A stretch of DNA of 64,000 nucleotides from Planctomycetota bacterium (GTDB taxonomy: Bacteria > Planctomycetota > PLA2 > JAEUHO01). The notes under the pieces are model-generated. The model was not told where the DNA came from, made no database searches, and saw only the letters and a program-made list of their open reading frames with translations. How positions within the stretch are numbered: the stretch's first letter is position 1; the number at the start of each line of letters is the position of its first letter. The stretch lies in assembly GCA_965223505.1 (NCBI GenBank), contig CBDCWP010000038.1:32001-96000 (forward strand). Reading direction: 5' to 3'. Of this stretch, positions 43,024 to 52,628 are shown one piece after another. The position numbers and the translations under genes are program-made.

Positions 43024-43901
43024 GCCGAGGCCCCCACGACCACGCGCCGGCGCAGCATCTCCTGCAGGCTGTCCCAGAACGAGGTGCGTACGTCGACGCG
43101 CTGGTATTGGATCTCACGCGCCAGGCACCAACGCTCGATCGACTCCGCGCGGCGGCGCCAGGTGGCGTGCAGGGCCTCGAGCATCTCCGCCGTCACGTCG
43201 ACGTCGACGATCTCGCCCGTCTCGCGATCGACCGCGCGCACCGACGCGCCCTTCGGCAGCTCGACGTCGGTCTGGTCGAGCACGTGCAGCGCCGCGACGT
43301 CGAAGCCGCGCGTGCGCAGGTGCGCCATGCCGGCCACGGCTTCGCGCGGGTCGTAGAAGTCGGACACGACCAGCGCGACGCCGCGCGTGCGGGTCGCGCC
43401 GAGGATCTTGGCGAGGTCGCGCGTGTGATTCGTCTCGCCTTCGTCCGGCGTCTCGCCGAGCTCGTCGAGCAGCTTCTGGGCCCGCTCGCGCCCGCGGTGG
43501 ATCGTGATCGTCGCGTTCGAGGCCGACGGCAGCCACGCCAGCCGCACGTGCTCGAGATGCGCGAGCGCGATGTAGCCGAGCGCCGCCGCCAGCCGCCGCG
43601 CGGTGTGCGACTTGGCGCCCTCCATCGAGCGGCTGCGGTCGACGCAGAGCAGGAGGTTGAGGTTCTCCTCCTGCTCGAAGCGCTTGACGACGAGGTCGCC
43701 GAGGCGGCCGTACACGTTCCAGTCCACGTAGCGCAGGTCGTCGCCGGGCACGTAGTCGCGGTGGTCGGCGAACAGGCCGCCCGCGCCGGTTCGCGCGGTG
43801 CGCCAGTCCCCCATGCGATCGCCGAAGGACTGCCTGCGTTGCTGAACACGCAGACGCTTGAGGCGCATCAGCTCCTCGGGGGTAAAGAGCGGCGCGCTCA
43901 C
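43020..43901 (-). CDS. DUF58 family protein
   Basis: FADHRDYVPGDDLRYVDWNVYGR, VDRSRSM and VVSDF. Confidence 0.88.
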   Translation of the reverse strand: MSAPLFTPEELMRLKRLRVQQRRQSFGDRMGDWRTARTGAGGLFADHRDYVPGDDLRYVDWNVYGRLGDLVVKRFEQEENLNLLLCVDRSRSMEGAKSHTARRLAAALGYIALAHLEHVRLAWLPSASNATITIHRGRERAQKLLDELGETPDEGETNHTRDLAKILGATRTRGVALVVSDFYDPREAVAGMAHLRTRGFDVAALHVLDQTDVELPKGASVRAVDRETGEIVDVDVTAEMLEALHATWRRRAESIERWCLAREIQYQRVDVRTSFWDSLQEMLRRRVVVGASA

Positions 43902-45244
43902 TTGGCGCCTCCGGCCCGCCGCCGCATCTCCTCGAAGTAGCGGCGCAGGAAGTCACGCATGCGCGGGGAGTAGCTCTCCCAGTCCACGGCGCGCTGCAAC
44001 ACCTTCTCGAAGTCGCGCAGCGCGTCTTCGAGCGGGACCCTCTTCGGCGGCTTGACGCCGGCGTCGTCGTCCGGCACGGCGACGATCGCGTCGTCCTTCT
44101 TGATCATGTCGCCTTCGCGCACGAACGGGTCGATGACCTCGATGTCGAGCTCGTCATCCGGGATCTCGGGCGGCGGGTCGGGCGGCGTCTGAGGTTGCGG
44201 TGTCGGCTGCGTCTCGTCTTCCTTCTTCTCTTCTTCCTGGTCTTGCGGCTGCGGCTGGTCCGGCGGCTTGTTGCTGTTGTCGTCGCCCCCCCCGCCGCCG
44301 CCCCCACCGTCGCCGGTCTCGATCCAGAGCAGCCCGACGTGCAGCGGGCCGTCGCTGAACTTGAACGAGCCGGGTTCCGGCCGGATGTAGAAGTCGAGGC
44401 GGTGCCGGCCCTTCGTTCGAAGCGGCTGCAGCTCCTCGTACGCGTCGAAGCGCACGACGACCTTCTCGTCGACCTCTTCGCCCGGCGTCAGCATCACGTT
44501 GCCCACGTCGAACGGCCCCGAGCCGTCCCAGTACATCGTGACGCGCGCGTAGAGCTTCTCGCCCTCGTTGCCGTCGACGAGCTTCGGAAGCGGCAAGTCC
44601 CAGCGCAGGTCGACCTCGAGGCCGGGCATGTCCTCGCCGACGGGGAGCGCGTTTGCCGGATCGCCGCCTTGTCGGGCCGGCGGGGTCGCGCGCACCAGCG
44701 CGTGCCCGATCTCCGGACTGTCGGGCGGCACCGGGTCCGCGCGGCGCGCACCCAGGTCGAGCAGTGTCAGCAGCGCGTCCACGCTGTCCTGCCCCGGCGC
44801 GGCCCGCCAGTCGTCCTGGCGCGCGAGCAGACGCGTCCCGGTGGCGTCGACGATCAGGTGCATGGGCCCCTGCAACGGCTGCGGCGCCCTGGGACGCATG
44901 TCCACCGTCGAATCTTCGGGCCGCGGCGCCACCGGAATCGGCGGGCCGCCGACCATGCGGAGCACACACGCGAAGCCGCGGCTCTTGGCGACGAGCGCCG
45001 CGTCGCCGTAGACGGTCTTCCACAGCGCGACGCGCAGCGGCCACTTGGCGTCGGCCTCGGCGATGCGCGGGTGCAGCGCGATCCAGATCGGACGGCCGAG
45101 CTTCGTCGCCGCCGCGCGCGCCGTCGGGATGTCGTCGAACCACGCCACGGTCGGCGCCTTGCGCGGTGCGTCCCCGTCGTCGGCAGCCACCGGCGACCAG
45201 CCGGCCAACAGCGCGAGCAGAACCAGGAGGCGACGGCGCGTCAC
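43898..45244 (-). CDS. Exported protein with a Trx-like N-terminal domain and a low-complexity tail
   Basis: GTG 45244 overlaps the upstream TGA; signal peptide; VAWFDDIPTARAAATKLGRPIWI; G/P/E-rich linker; C-terminal LRRYFE. Confidence 0.55.
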   Translation of the reverse strand: MTRRRLLVLLALLAGWSPVAADDGDAPRKAPTVAWFDDIPTARAAATKLGRPIWIALHPRIAEADAKWPLRVALWKTVYGDAALVAKSRGFACVLRMVGGPPIPVAPRPEDSTVDMRPRAPQPLQGPMHLIVDATGTRLLARQDDWRAAPGQDSVDALLTLLDLGARRADPVPPDSPEIGHALVRATPPARQGGDPANALPVGEDMPGLEVDLRWDLPLPKLVDGNEGEKLYARVTMYWDGSGPFDVGNVMLTPGEEVDEKVVVRFDAYEELQPLRTKGRHRLDFYIRPEPGSFKFSDGPLHVGLLWIETGDGGGGGGGGDDNSNKPPDQPQPQDQEEEKKEDETQPTPQPQTPPDPPPEIPDDELDIEVIDPFVREGDMIKKDDAIVAVPDDDAGVKPPKRVPLEDALRDFEKVLQRAVDWESYSPRMRDFLRRYFEEMRRRAGGAK

Positions 45245-45963
45245 TTGTCGTCCTCCTTGGGTTCGTCGCCGGGTTGCACCGGGTCCGCGCCGTCGTCGGG
45301 CTTCGGCTCCGGCGGCAACGGCGTCGCCGCCAGCGGGTCCTCCGCGAAGATCATCAGGAACCGGTCCGCGGCGAACGGATCCGCGGCGCCGAACGCGCGG
45401 TCGGGGGTCTGGCCGAGTCCGGCCGTCGTGCCGGTCCCGGCGCCGCGCTCGCCCAGCAGTCCGTCCACGCCGGGCGCGAGCAGGCAGAACACGAAGAGGA
45501 ACACGAGCACGTAGCGAACGAACTTGCGCGGGAGGTGCTTCGGCCAGAGCGACTCGGCGTTCAGCTCCCGGAGCCGGCCCAGTGTCTGCGCGACGAGCAG
45601 CGCCGGAACGGTCGCCGTCGCCGCGTCGTCGCTCAGGCCCGCGGCGGTGTTCGTGTCGTCGCGCCAGGCGTTCGCGTCGTCGAGCCGCCGCGCGGTGGTT
45701 CGAGGGCGGGGCCGCACGGTCTGGGTCATGAGCGTGCGCAACACCCAGCCGAAGAGCAGCAACGCGATCCCCACCAGCGGGGCGCGGATCCAGTCGTGCT
45801 CGAGGGCGCGTACGCCCGGCAAGGGGACGACCGCGCGGCTGACGAACGCGGCGAGGGCGGCGACGGCCAGCAGGGCGATGTGCAGACGCGCCGCACGGCG
45901 CGCGCCGACCGACGTCGCATAGGCGCGCCCGAGGCGTCCGAGCTCCTTGTGCACTTCGCTCAT
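45241..45963 (-). CDS. Hypothetical membrane protein
   Basis: Three hydrophobic segments and ARRLD; first gene of the DUF58/BatA cluster. Confidence 0.6.
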   Translation of the reverse strand: MSEVHKELGRLGRAYATSVGARRAARLHIALLAVAALAAFVSRAVVPLPGVRALEHDWIRAPLVGIALLLFGWVLRTLMTQTVRPRPRTTARRLDDANAWRDDTNTAAGLSDDAATATVPALLVAQTLGRLRELNAESLWPKHLPRKFVRYVLVFLFVFCLLAPGVDGLLGERGAGTGTTAGLGQTPDRAFGAADPFAADRFLMIFAEDPLAATPLPPEPKPDDGADPVQPGDEPKEDDK

Positions 45964-46166
45964 CGGCGCCCAAGGTACCCGCCGGACGGCCCGGCGTCCG
46001 TCGCCCGGTCACAGCGCGGTGACACGCACGCGACCGGGCAGGGACGAGAGTGTAGCGGGCGGCGAAGCGCCGGCGCGCATCCGGCAAGCCGCGTGCCCGC
46101 ACGGATCCGCAAACCGACGCACTACCCTTGACGCCAAGGGCCCGCCGTGGGGTACCTTCCGGGCCG

Positions 46167-46817
46167 ATGGACTACTTCCAACGCGAGATCGTCGGCTGGC
46201 TCTGCATCCTCGTCGGGAACTTCTTTCTCGCGAAGTCGGTCATCTCGCGCCGCGACCGGGGACAGATGCGCGAGCTGCTCGGGCTGCCGACCGACAAGGT
46301 CAAGCGCTTCCGCAACTTCTTCCGGCAGCGGCTCGAGCGCATCGTCGGGTTCCTGTTCCTGTTGGTCGGCGTCGGGCTGCAGCTGTACGTGGTCGTTCGC
46401 CGCGCGCAGAAGGCCGAGGGCTTCAACGACCCGCGCGAGGCCCTGGGCGAGATCAGCACGTACCTGGCGGTGGCGATCGTCGCGCTGCTGCTGTTCGTCG
46501 CGCTGCTGCACCTCATCACCGACTACTTCAGCAAGCGCATCTTCATGGACAACCTGGGCTACCTCATGGTGCGCCAGCGCTACAGGCTCGCGGACGACCC
46601 GGCGCTCATGAAGCAGATCGGCGAGCTCCTCGGCGCCGACCGCGAGGACGACGACACCGTCGAGAGCTACACCTTGCGGTTGCAGGAAGCCCTCAAGCTC
46701 GACGAGATCCGGGCCAAGCTCCTGGCGCGCGGCAAGCTGCCCGACCTGGGCCCCTCGACCTACGAGCGCCGCGCGACCGAGACGGGAGAGATGGAGGCCG
46801 CGCCGCGCCCCGAGTGA
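46167..46817 (+). CDS. Hypothetical membrane protein
   Basis: Three TM-like helices; host-like codon usage from ATG 46167. Confidence 0.65.
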   Translation: MDYFQREIVGWLCILVGNFFLAKSVISRRDRGQMRELLGLPTDKVKRFRNFFRQRLERIVGFLFLLVGVGLQLYVVVRRAQKAEGFNDPREALGEISTYLAVAIVALLLFVALLHLITDYFSKRIFMDNLGYLMVRQRYRLADDPALMKQIGELLGADREDDDTVESYTLRLQEALKLDEIRAKLLARGKLPDLGPSTYERRATETGEMEAAPRPE

Positions 46818-46874
46818 GCGCGGCTACGCGGCGACGGTATCCTCTCGGCCTTCCCCGAACCGCGCAGGTGCACC

Positions 46875-49328
46875 ATGTTGGAAGGCAAGTACGACCCGAC
46901 GATCGTCGAACCGAAGGCCCAGGCCTTGTGGGACGAGGTCGGCGTATACCGCTTCGACCCGGATGCGCCAGGTGAGATCTTCTCGATCGACACGCCGCCG
47001 CCGACCGTGTCGGGCAGCCTGCACGTGGGCCACGTGTTCTCCTACACACAGGCCGAGTGCATCGCGCGCTACATGCGCATGAAGGGCCGTAACGTCTTCT
47101 ACCCGTTCGGGTTCGACGGCAACGGCCTGCCCACGGAGCGGCTGACGGAGAAGGAGCGCGGTGTCCTCGGCATCGACATGCCGCGCGAGGACTTCGTGAA
47201 GCTGTGCCGCGAGACCTGCAGCAAGTACGAGCACGAATTCGAGGAGATGTGGCGCAGCCTGGGCTTCTCCGCCGACTGGTCGCTGGCCTACAGCACGATC
47301 GACGAGCGCGCGATCCGCATCTCGCAGCGCGGGTTTCTCGACATGCACGCGAAGGGCGAGGTCTACTTGCACCACAGCCCCTCGCTGTGGGACACCGAGG
47401 CCCAGACGACGCTGGCCCAGGCGGAGCTGGAGGAGAAGACCCAGCGCACGTTCATGAACGACGTGCGGTTCGACCTCGCCGACGGCGGTGAGGTCGTGAT
47501 CGCGACGACGCGGCCCGAGCTGCTCTCGGCCTGCGTGGCGATGTTCATCCACCCCGATCACCCGAAGGCGGCGACGCTGCTGGGCAAGAAGGCGATCGTG
47601 CCGCTCTACGGGCACGAGGTAACGATCCTGGCCGACGAGAAGGCCGATCCCGAGAAGGGCACCGGCATCGTGATGTGCTGCACCTTCGGCGACAAGACCG
47701 ACGTCGAGTGGTACCAGAAGCACGACCTCGAGCTGCGGCAGGCCATCGGCAAGGACGGCAAGCTCACCGAGATCGCGGGATCCGAAGCGGGCATGTACGT
47801 CAAGCCGGCGCGGCGCAGCATCCTCGAGCGGCTCGAGCAGTCCGGACACCTCCTGGGCCGCGAAGAGGTCGAGAACGTCGTCAAGATCGGTGAGCGCACC
47901 AAGCGCGAGATCGAGTTCCTGCCGATGCGGCAGTGGTTCGTACGCGTCCTCGAGCACAAGTCCGAGCTGATCGAGCTCGGGAACAAGGTACGCTGGTTCC
48001 CCGCGCACATGGGGAAGCGCTACGCCAACTGGGTCGAGGGCCTCGAGTGGGACTGGTGCATTTCGCGCCAGCGCTTCTACGGCGTGCCGTTCCCGGTCTG
48101 GTACTGCGAGGGCTGCGAGGCCGTGTTCGTCGCGCCCGACGAGTGGCTGCCGATCCTCGATCACGGCAAGCACGACGTGAGCCACGCGTGCGCGTCATGC
48201 GGCGGGACCGCGTGGCGCCCCGAGATGGACGTCATGGACACGTGGGCGACGTCGAGCGAGACGCCGGAGATCAACGCGCGCTGGGGCGATCCCGAGGACG
48301 GCGAGCGGCGCTGCCCGATGCCGATGACGCTGCGGCCGCAGGCGCACGACATCATCCGCACCTGGGCCTTCTACACCATCGTGAAGAGCCGCATCCACTT
48401 CGACGACATCCCGTGGCAGGACGCGATGGTGTCGGGGCACGTGCAGGCGCCGGGCCGGCAGAAGATCGGCAAGTCGCTCGGAAACGCGCCGGCGGACCCG
48501 CGCGACATGATCACGCAGCACGGCGCCGACCCCACGCGCTACTGGGCCCTCTCGGCCACGCTGGGCAACGACTACGTCTACAACGACGACGACTTCAAGC
48601 AGGGCCGACGGCTTTGCGTCAAGCTGTGGAACGCGAGCAAGTTCGCGCAGCAGCGGCTCGAGGACTTCGACCCGAAGGCCGAGACGGCGCCCCCGGAGCC
48701 GATCGACACGTGGATTCGCGCGCGGCTCGCCAAGACCGTGGCATTGGTGTCGGCGAACCTGGACCGCTACGAGTTCGGGATCGCCAAGGGCGACGTCGAG
48801 CGCTTCTTCTGGGGCGACCTCTGCGACAACTACCTCGAGATGATCAAGAACCGGCTCTACGACGACTCGCCCGAGGGCGCCGCGTCGCGCCGGGCCGCGC
48901 AGGCGGGGCTGTACGACGTGCTCTGCGGCGTGTTGCGCCTGCTCACGCCGTACGTGCCGCACGTGTGCGAGATCGTTCATCAGTCGTTGTTCCGCGCGTC
49001 GGAAGGCGTGCCCGCGATCGCCGCGGCGCCGTGGCCGGCCGCGGAGGCGCCGTCGAGCGCGGAGGACGCCGAGGCCGACGGGCAAGCGGCCGTGGCGGTG
49101 CTGACCGCGATTCGCCGATGGCGCTCCGAACAGAAGCTGTCACCGGGCAAGCCGCTCGCGCGCGCGCACCTGAACGTCGCCTCGGAAGGGTTCGCGCGAT
49201 TCGACGGCGTGCGCGAGGCGGTGCGCGCGGCGGGCAGGGTCGAGACACTGGACATCGACCACGACGACGCGCTGCCGGCCGGCGAGGTTCGCCTCTTGAC
49301 CGCGGAGGCCGTGCCCCCTAAGTCGTAG
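46875..49328 (+). CDS. valS: Valine--tRNA ligase, short (type 2-like) form
   Basis: FSIDTPPPTVSGSLHVGH, ATTRPEL, GTGIVMCCTFGD, WCISRQR and PQAHDIIRTW. The KMSKS position reads KIGKS. Confidence 0.92.
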   Translation: MLEGKYDPTIVEPKAQALWDEVGVYRFDPDAPGEIFSIDTPPPTVSGSLHVGHVFSYTQAECIARYMRMKGRNVFYPFGFDGNGLPTERLTEKERGVLGIDMPREDFVKLCRETCSKYEHEFEEMWRSLGFSADWSLAYSTIDERAIRISQRGFLDMHAKGEVYLHHSPSLWDTEAQTTLAQAELEEKTQRTFMNDVRFDLADGGEVVIATTRPELLSACVAMFIHPDHPKAATLLGKKAIVPLYGHEVTILADEKADPEKGTGIVMCCTFGDKTDVEWYQKHDLELRQAIGKDGKLTEIAGSEAGMYVKPARRSILERLEQSGHLLGREEVENVVKIGERTKREIEFLPMRQWFVRVLEHKSELIELGNKVRWFPAHMGKRYANWVEGLEWDWCISRQRFYGVPFPVWYCEGCEAVFVAPDEWLPILDHGKHDVSHACASCGGTAWRPEMDVMDTWATSSETPEINARWGDPEDGERRCPMPMTLRPQAHDIIRTWAFYTIVKSRIHFDDIPWQDAMVSGHVQAPGRQKIGKSLGNAPADPRDMITQHGADPTRYWALSATLGNDYVYNDDDFKQGRRLCVKLWNASKFAQQRLEDFDPKAETAPPEPIDTWIRARLAKTVALVSANLDRYEFGIAKGDVERFFWGDLCDNYLEMIKNRLYDDSPEGAASRRAAQAGLYDVLCGVLRLLTPYVPHVCEIVHQSLFRASEGVPAIAAAPWPAAEAPSSAEDAEADGQAAVAVLTAIRRWRSEQKLSPGKPLARAHLNVASEGFARFDGVREAVRAAGRVETLDIDHDDALPAGEVRLLTAEAVPPKS

Positions 49329-49330
49329 GC

Positions 49331-50848
49331 GTGACCGGCAAGCCGAAGAAACGCAAGCGCAAGAGCGCCCAGCAGACGCTTGCCGCCGTCGACCTCGGTT
49401 CGAACAGCTTTCACATGGTCGTCGCACGCGTCGTGAAGGGGCAGCTGCGCGTCGTCGACCGTCTGCGCGAGCCCGTGCGGCTCGCCATGGGCCTGGACGG
49501 GCGTCATCGTCTGGACGCCGGCGCCCGCGCACGGGCCTTCAGCGCGTTGCGGCGGTTCGGCGAGCGCATCGAGCACTTGCCGCGCGGATCGGTGCGCGCG
49601 GTCGGCACCAACACGCTGCGCAAGGCGGGAACCCGCCCCTTCATGGAGCTCGCCCAGGCGGCGCTCGGCCACCCCATCGAGGTCATCTCCGGCCAGGAGG
49701 AAGCGCGCCTCATCTACCAGGGGGTGATCCACGACGTGCAGCCGAGCGCGGCGAGTCGTCTGGTCGTCGACATCGGTGGCGGCAGCACCGAGATCATCCT
49801 CGGGAAGGGCGCCACGATCCGGAAGTCGGACAGCCTGCACATGGGCTGCGTGTCCTACACACGGCGCTTCTTCCCCAAGCGCCGGATCACGCCGAAGACG
49901 TTCGAGCGCGCGTTGACCGGGGCGCAGCTCCAGCTCGAGCCGATCAAGCGCACGCTGCGTCGATCGACCTGGAACCAGGCCATGGGCGCCTCCGGGACGA
50001 TCCGCGCCGTGAGTCGCTACATCGAGCGGCGCGGCCTCGCCGCAGGCGCCATCGACGCGGCGTCGCTGCAGGCGCTGCGCGACGAGCTGATCGAGGCGCG
50101 CGACTTCGCGGCCTTCGACCCCCAGCTGGTCAGTCCGGCGCGCGCGGCGGTCTTCGCCGGCGGCCTCGCCATCCTGACGGCGATCTTCGAGGACTTGCGC
50201 ATCGAGCGCATGGAAGCGGTCAACGGGGCGCTGCGCGACGGCGTGCTCTACGACCTGATCGGCCGGATCCGGCATCAGGACATGCGGGACAGCACGATTC
50301 GCAGCTTCATGAAGCGCTACGCCGTCGATCGCGCGCAGGCGCGGCGCATCGAGAACACCGCGCTCGATCTCCTGGAGCAGGTCTTCGCCGACTGGTCTCT
50401 CGAGGGTGCCTGGTCGAAGCGGGCGCTTTCCTGGGCGGCCCGGCTGCACGCCATCGGCATGACCGTGGCCTACAGCGGCTACCACAAGCACGGCGCGTAT
50501 CTGATCGCCCACACCAACATGCCCGGGTTCTCGCGCGAGGATCAGATCCTGCTGGCCGCGCTGGTGATGTCGCATCGGCGCCGGCTGCGGCCGCAGCCCT
50601 TCACGGCGTTGCCCAAGGAGCGCCGGCGCGCCGCGCGCCGGCTGGCGATCCTGCTACGCCTCGCCGTGCGCCTGCACCGCAGTCGCTCGCCGAGCCGGCT
50701 GCCCCCCATCGTCGCGTCGGCGCGCGGCGACCGCATTCGCTTGCGCATGCCCGCGGGCTGGCTGGACGCGCACCCCCTGACGGCGGCGGACCTCGAGGTG
50801 GAGCGCAAGCGCCTCGCGAGGGCGAAGGTCGAGCTGACGTACGAGTAG
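49331..50848 (+). CDS. ppx: Exopolyphosphatase / Ppx-GppA family
   Basis: AVDLGSNSFHM, ISGQEEARLIY, DIGGGSTE, ALRDG and a C-terminal HD-like region. Confidence 0.88.
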   Translation: MTGKPKKRKRKSAQQTLAAVDLGSNSFHMVVARVVKGQLRVVDRLREPVRLAMGLDGRHRLDAGARARAFSALRRFGERIEHLPRGSVRAVGTNTLRKAGTRPFMELAQAALGHPIEVISGQEEARLIYQGVIHDVQPSAASRLVVDIGGGSTEIILGKGATIRKSDSLHMGCVSYTRRFFPKRRITPKTFERALTGAQLQLEPIKRTLRRSTWNQAMGASGTIRAVSRYIERRGLAAGAIDAASLQALRDELIEARDFAAFDPQLVSPARAAVFAGGLAILTAIFEDLRIERMEAVNGALRDGVLYDLIGRIRHQDMRDSTIRSFMKRYAVDRAQARRIENTALDLLEQVFADWSLEGAWSKRALSWAARLHAIGMTVAYSGYHKHGAYLIAHTNMPGFSREDQILLAALVMSHRRRLRPQPFTALPKERRRAARRLAILLRLAVRLHRSRSPSRLPPIVASARGDRIRLRMPAGWLDAHPLTAADLEVERKRLARAKVELTYE

Positions 50849-50973
50849 CCGTCGGCCGGCGGCCGGTCGGCCGAGCACCGGCCGCGCCGGCGGGCGATCC
50901 GCTCCCGCAATCCGCACGCGTCCGAGGGTCCTCCCACGTACACTCCGCGCTCACTCGGAGTCGTCACTCTCCC

Positions 50974-52515
50974 ATGTGCGGTTTCATCGGTCTCCACGCC
51001 GGTTCCGACGCGGCCTTCGAAATGACGGACGCGCTCCTCGTCCTGCAACATCGTGGGCAAGACGCCGCGGGCGTTGCGACGTTCGACGGCGACACGTTTC
51101 ACATCCAACGCGACGTCGGCCTCGTCAAGGAGGTCTTCACCGACCGCGCGATGACGCAGCTGACGGGACGTCAGGCCATCGGTCACACGCGCTACCCCAC
51201 GGTGGGCACCGGCACCGCGTCGGACGCGCAGCCGCTGTACACCAACTCGCCGTACGGCATCGCGATGGCGCACAACGGCAACGTCACGAACTACCTCGAC
51301 CTGAAGAAGGAGCTCTCCGAACGCGACGGACGCCGCCTCGGGACGAGCTGTGACGTCGAAGCGATTCTCAACGTCTTCGCTGCGGCGCTGCGCCGGCGTC
51401 GAAGCGCCCAGTGGCCCGACGCCGCCTACGCCGCGATGAAGGAAGTGTTCCGCCGCGTGAAGGGTTCGTACTCGGGCGCGGCGCTCGTCGGCGGAAAGGG
51501 ACTCGTCGCGTTCCGCGATCCGTTCGGCATCAAGCCGGCGATCCTCGGCCGTCGCAAGGTCGCCAAGCAGGGCCCCAAGCGCAACGGTAGGGCGCGGAGT
51601 CGGAACGAGTGGCACTACTGCGTCGCAAGCGAGAGCGCGGCGCTGAACGTGCTCGGCTTCGAGATCGTCGGCGATCTCGATCCGGGCGAAGTCGTGGTGA
51701 TCGAGCCGTCGGGCAGGCTGCACCGCAAGGTCGTCGCCGGACGGGGCTCGCGCCAGCATCGGCCGTGCGTGTTCGAGTTCGTGTACTTCGCGCGTCCCGA
51801 CAGCGTGCTGGACGACATCTCGGTCTACCGCGCGCGGTTGCGCCTCGGCGAGGCGCTGGCCGAGCGCGTGCGGCGGCGCAAGATCGAGCCCGACGTCGTG
51901 GTTCCGGTGCCGGACTCGGCCCGGCCGGCGGCGTTGGAGTGCGCCCGCACACTGAAGGTGCGCTACCGCGAGGGTTTGCTCAAGAACCGCTACGTCGGCC
52001 GCACGTTCATCATGCCGGGCAAGACGAACCGCGAGAAGAACGTGCGCGCGAAGCTGACGACGCTTCCCATGGAGCTCGACGGAAAGAAGGTTCTGCTCAT
52101 CGACGACTCGGTCGTGCGCGGGACGACCACGAAGGCGGTCGTCTCGATGGTGCGCGAGGCGGGCGCCACCGAGGTCTACGTCGGCGTCGCGTCACCCAAG
52201 ATCAAGCACCCGTGCGTGTACGGCATCGACATGCAGACGCGCAACGAGTTCATCGCGCGGCAGCAGCGCACGGACGACGGCATCGCCAAGGCGATCGGCG
52301 CGAACGGCGTCGTCTACATGACCGTCGACGAGATGGTGAAGGCGGTGCGGGGCCCGACGGAGCGCGTGTCGAAGTTCTGCCGCGCGTGCATGGACGGCAA
52401 CTACCCGACGGGCGACGTGACGAAGAAGGTGTTGCGTACGCTCGAGTCGGAGCGTAACCGCCAGAGCCGCGACGCGCGCAAGAGGCGCGACGGTCGTTCA
52501 CTGCAGTCGAACTGA
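50974..52515 (+). CDS. purF: Amidophosphoribosyltransferase
   Basis: N-terminal MCG, LQHRGQDAAG, GHTRYPT, AHNGN, YVGRTFI and DDSVVRGTT. Four Cys residues match a 4Fe-4S-type enzyme. Confidence 0.95.
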   Translation: MCGFIGLHAGSDAAFEMTDALLVLQHRGQDAAGVATFDGDTFHIQRDVGLVKEVFTDRAMTQLTGRQAIGHTRYPTVGTGTASDAQPLYTNSPYGIAMAHNGNVTNYLDLKKELSERDGRRLGTSCDVEAILNVFAAALRRRRSAQWPDAAYAAMKEVFRRVKGSYSGAALVGGKGLVAFRDPFGIKPAILGRRKVAKQGPKRNGRARSRNEWHYCVASESAALNVLGFEIVGDLDPGEVVVIEPSGRLHRKVVAGRGSRQHRPCVFEFVYFARPDSVLDDISVYRARLRLGEALAERVRRRKIEPDVVVPVPDSARPAALECARTLKVRYREGLLKNRYVGRTFIMPGKTNREKNVRAKLTTLPMELDGKKVLLIDDSVVRGTTTKAVVSMVREAGATEVYVGVASPKIKHPCVYGIDMQTRNEFIARQQRTDDGIAKAIGANGVVYMTVDEMVKAVRGPTERVSKFCRACMDGNYPTGDVTKKVLRTLESERNRQSRDARKRRDGRSLQSN

Positions 52516-52523
52516 TCGTCCAC

Positions 52524-52622
52524 GACGGCGCGTTGGATGGGGAGCGGAAGGCTGGACGTGGCGTGGTCTGCCACGCGAGGACGACGAGGCGGTCCTGAGC
52601 GCCCCCAGACCAGCGCGCCGTC
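52524..52622. repeat. Single copy of the hairpin element found in the rho array
   Basis: ggcgcgttggatggg...gcgtgg-tctg-ccacgcgaggacgacga..., closed by gacggcgcg/cgcgccgtc. Confidence 0.8.
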
Positions 52623-52628
52623 CGCGTG

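Noticed and set aside
50849..50973. Purine-related riboswitch upstream of purF
   Set aside because: Only GC-rich hairpins are present; I could not match a purine, ZTP or PRPP aptamer consensus.
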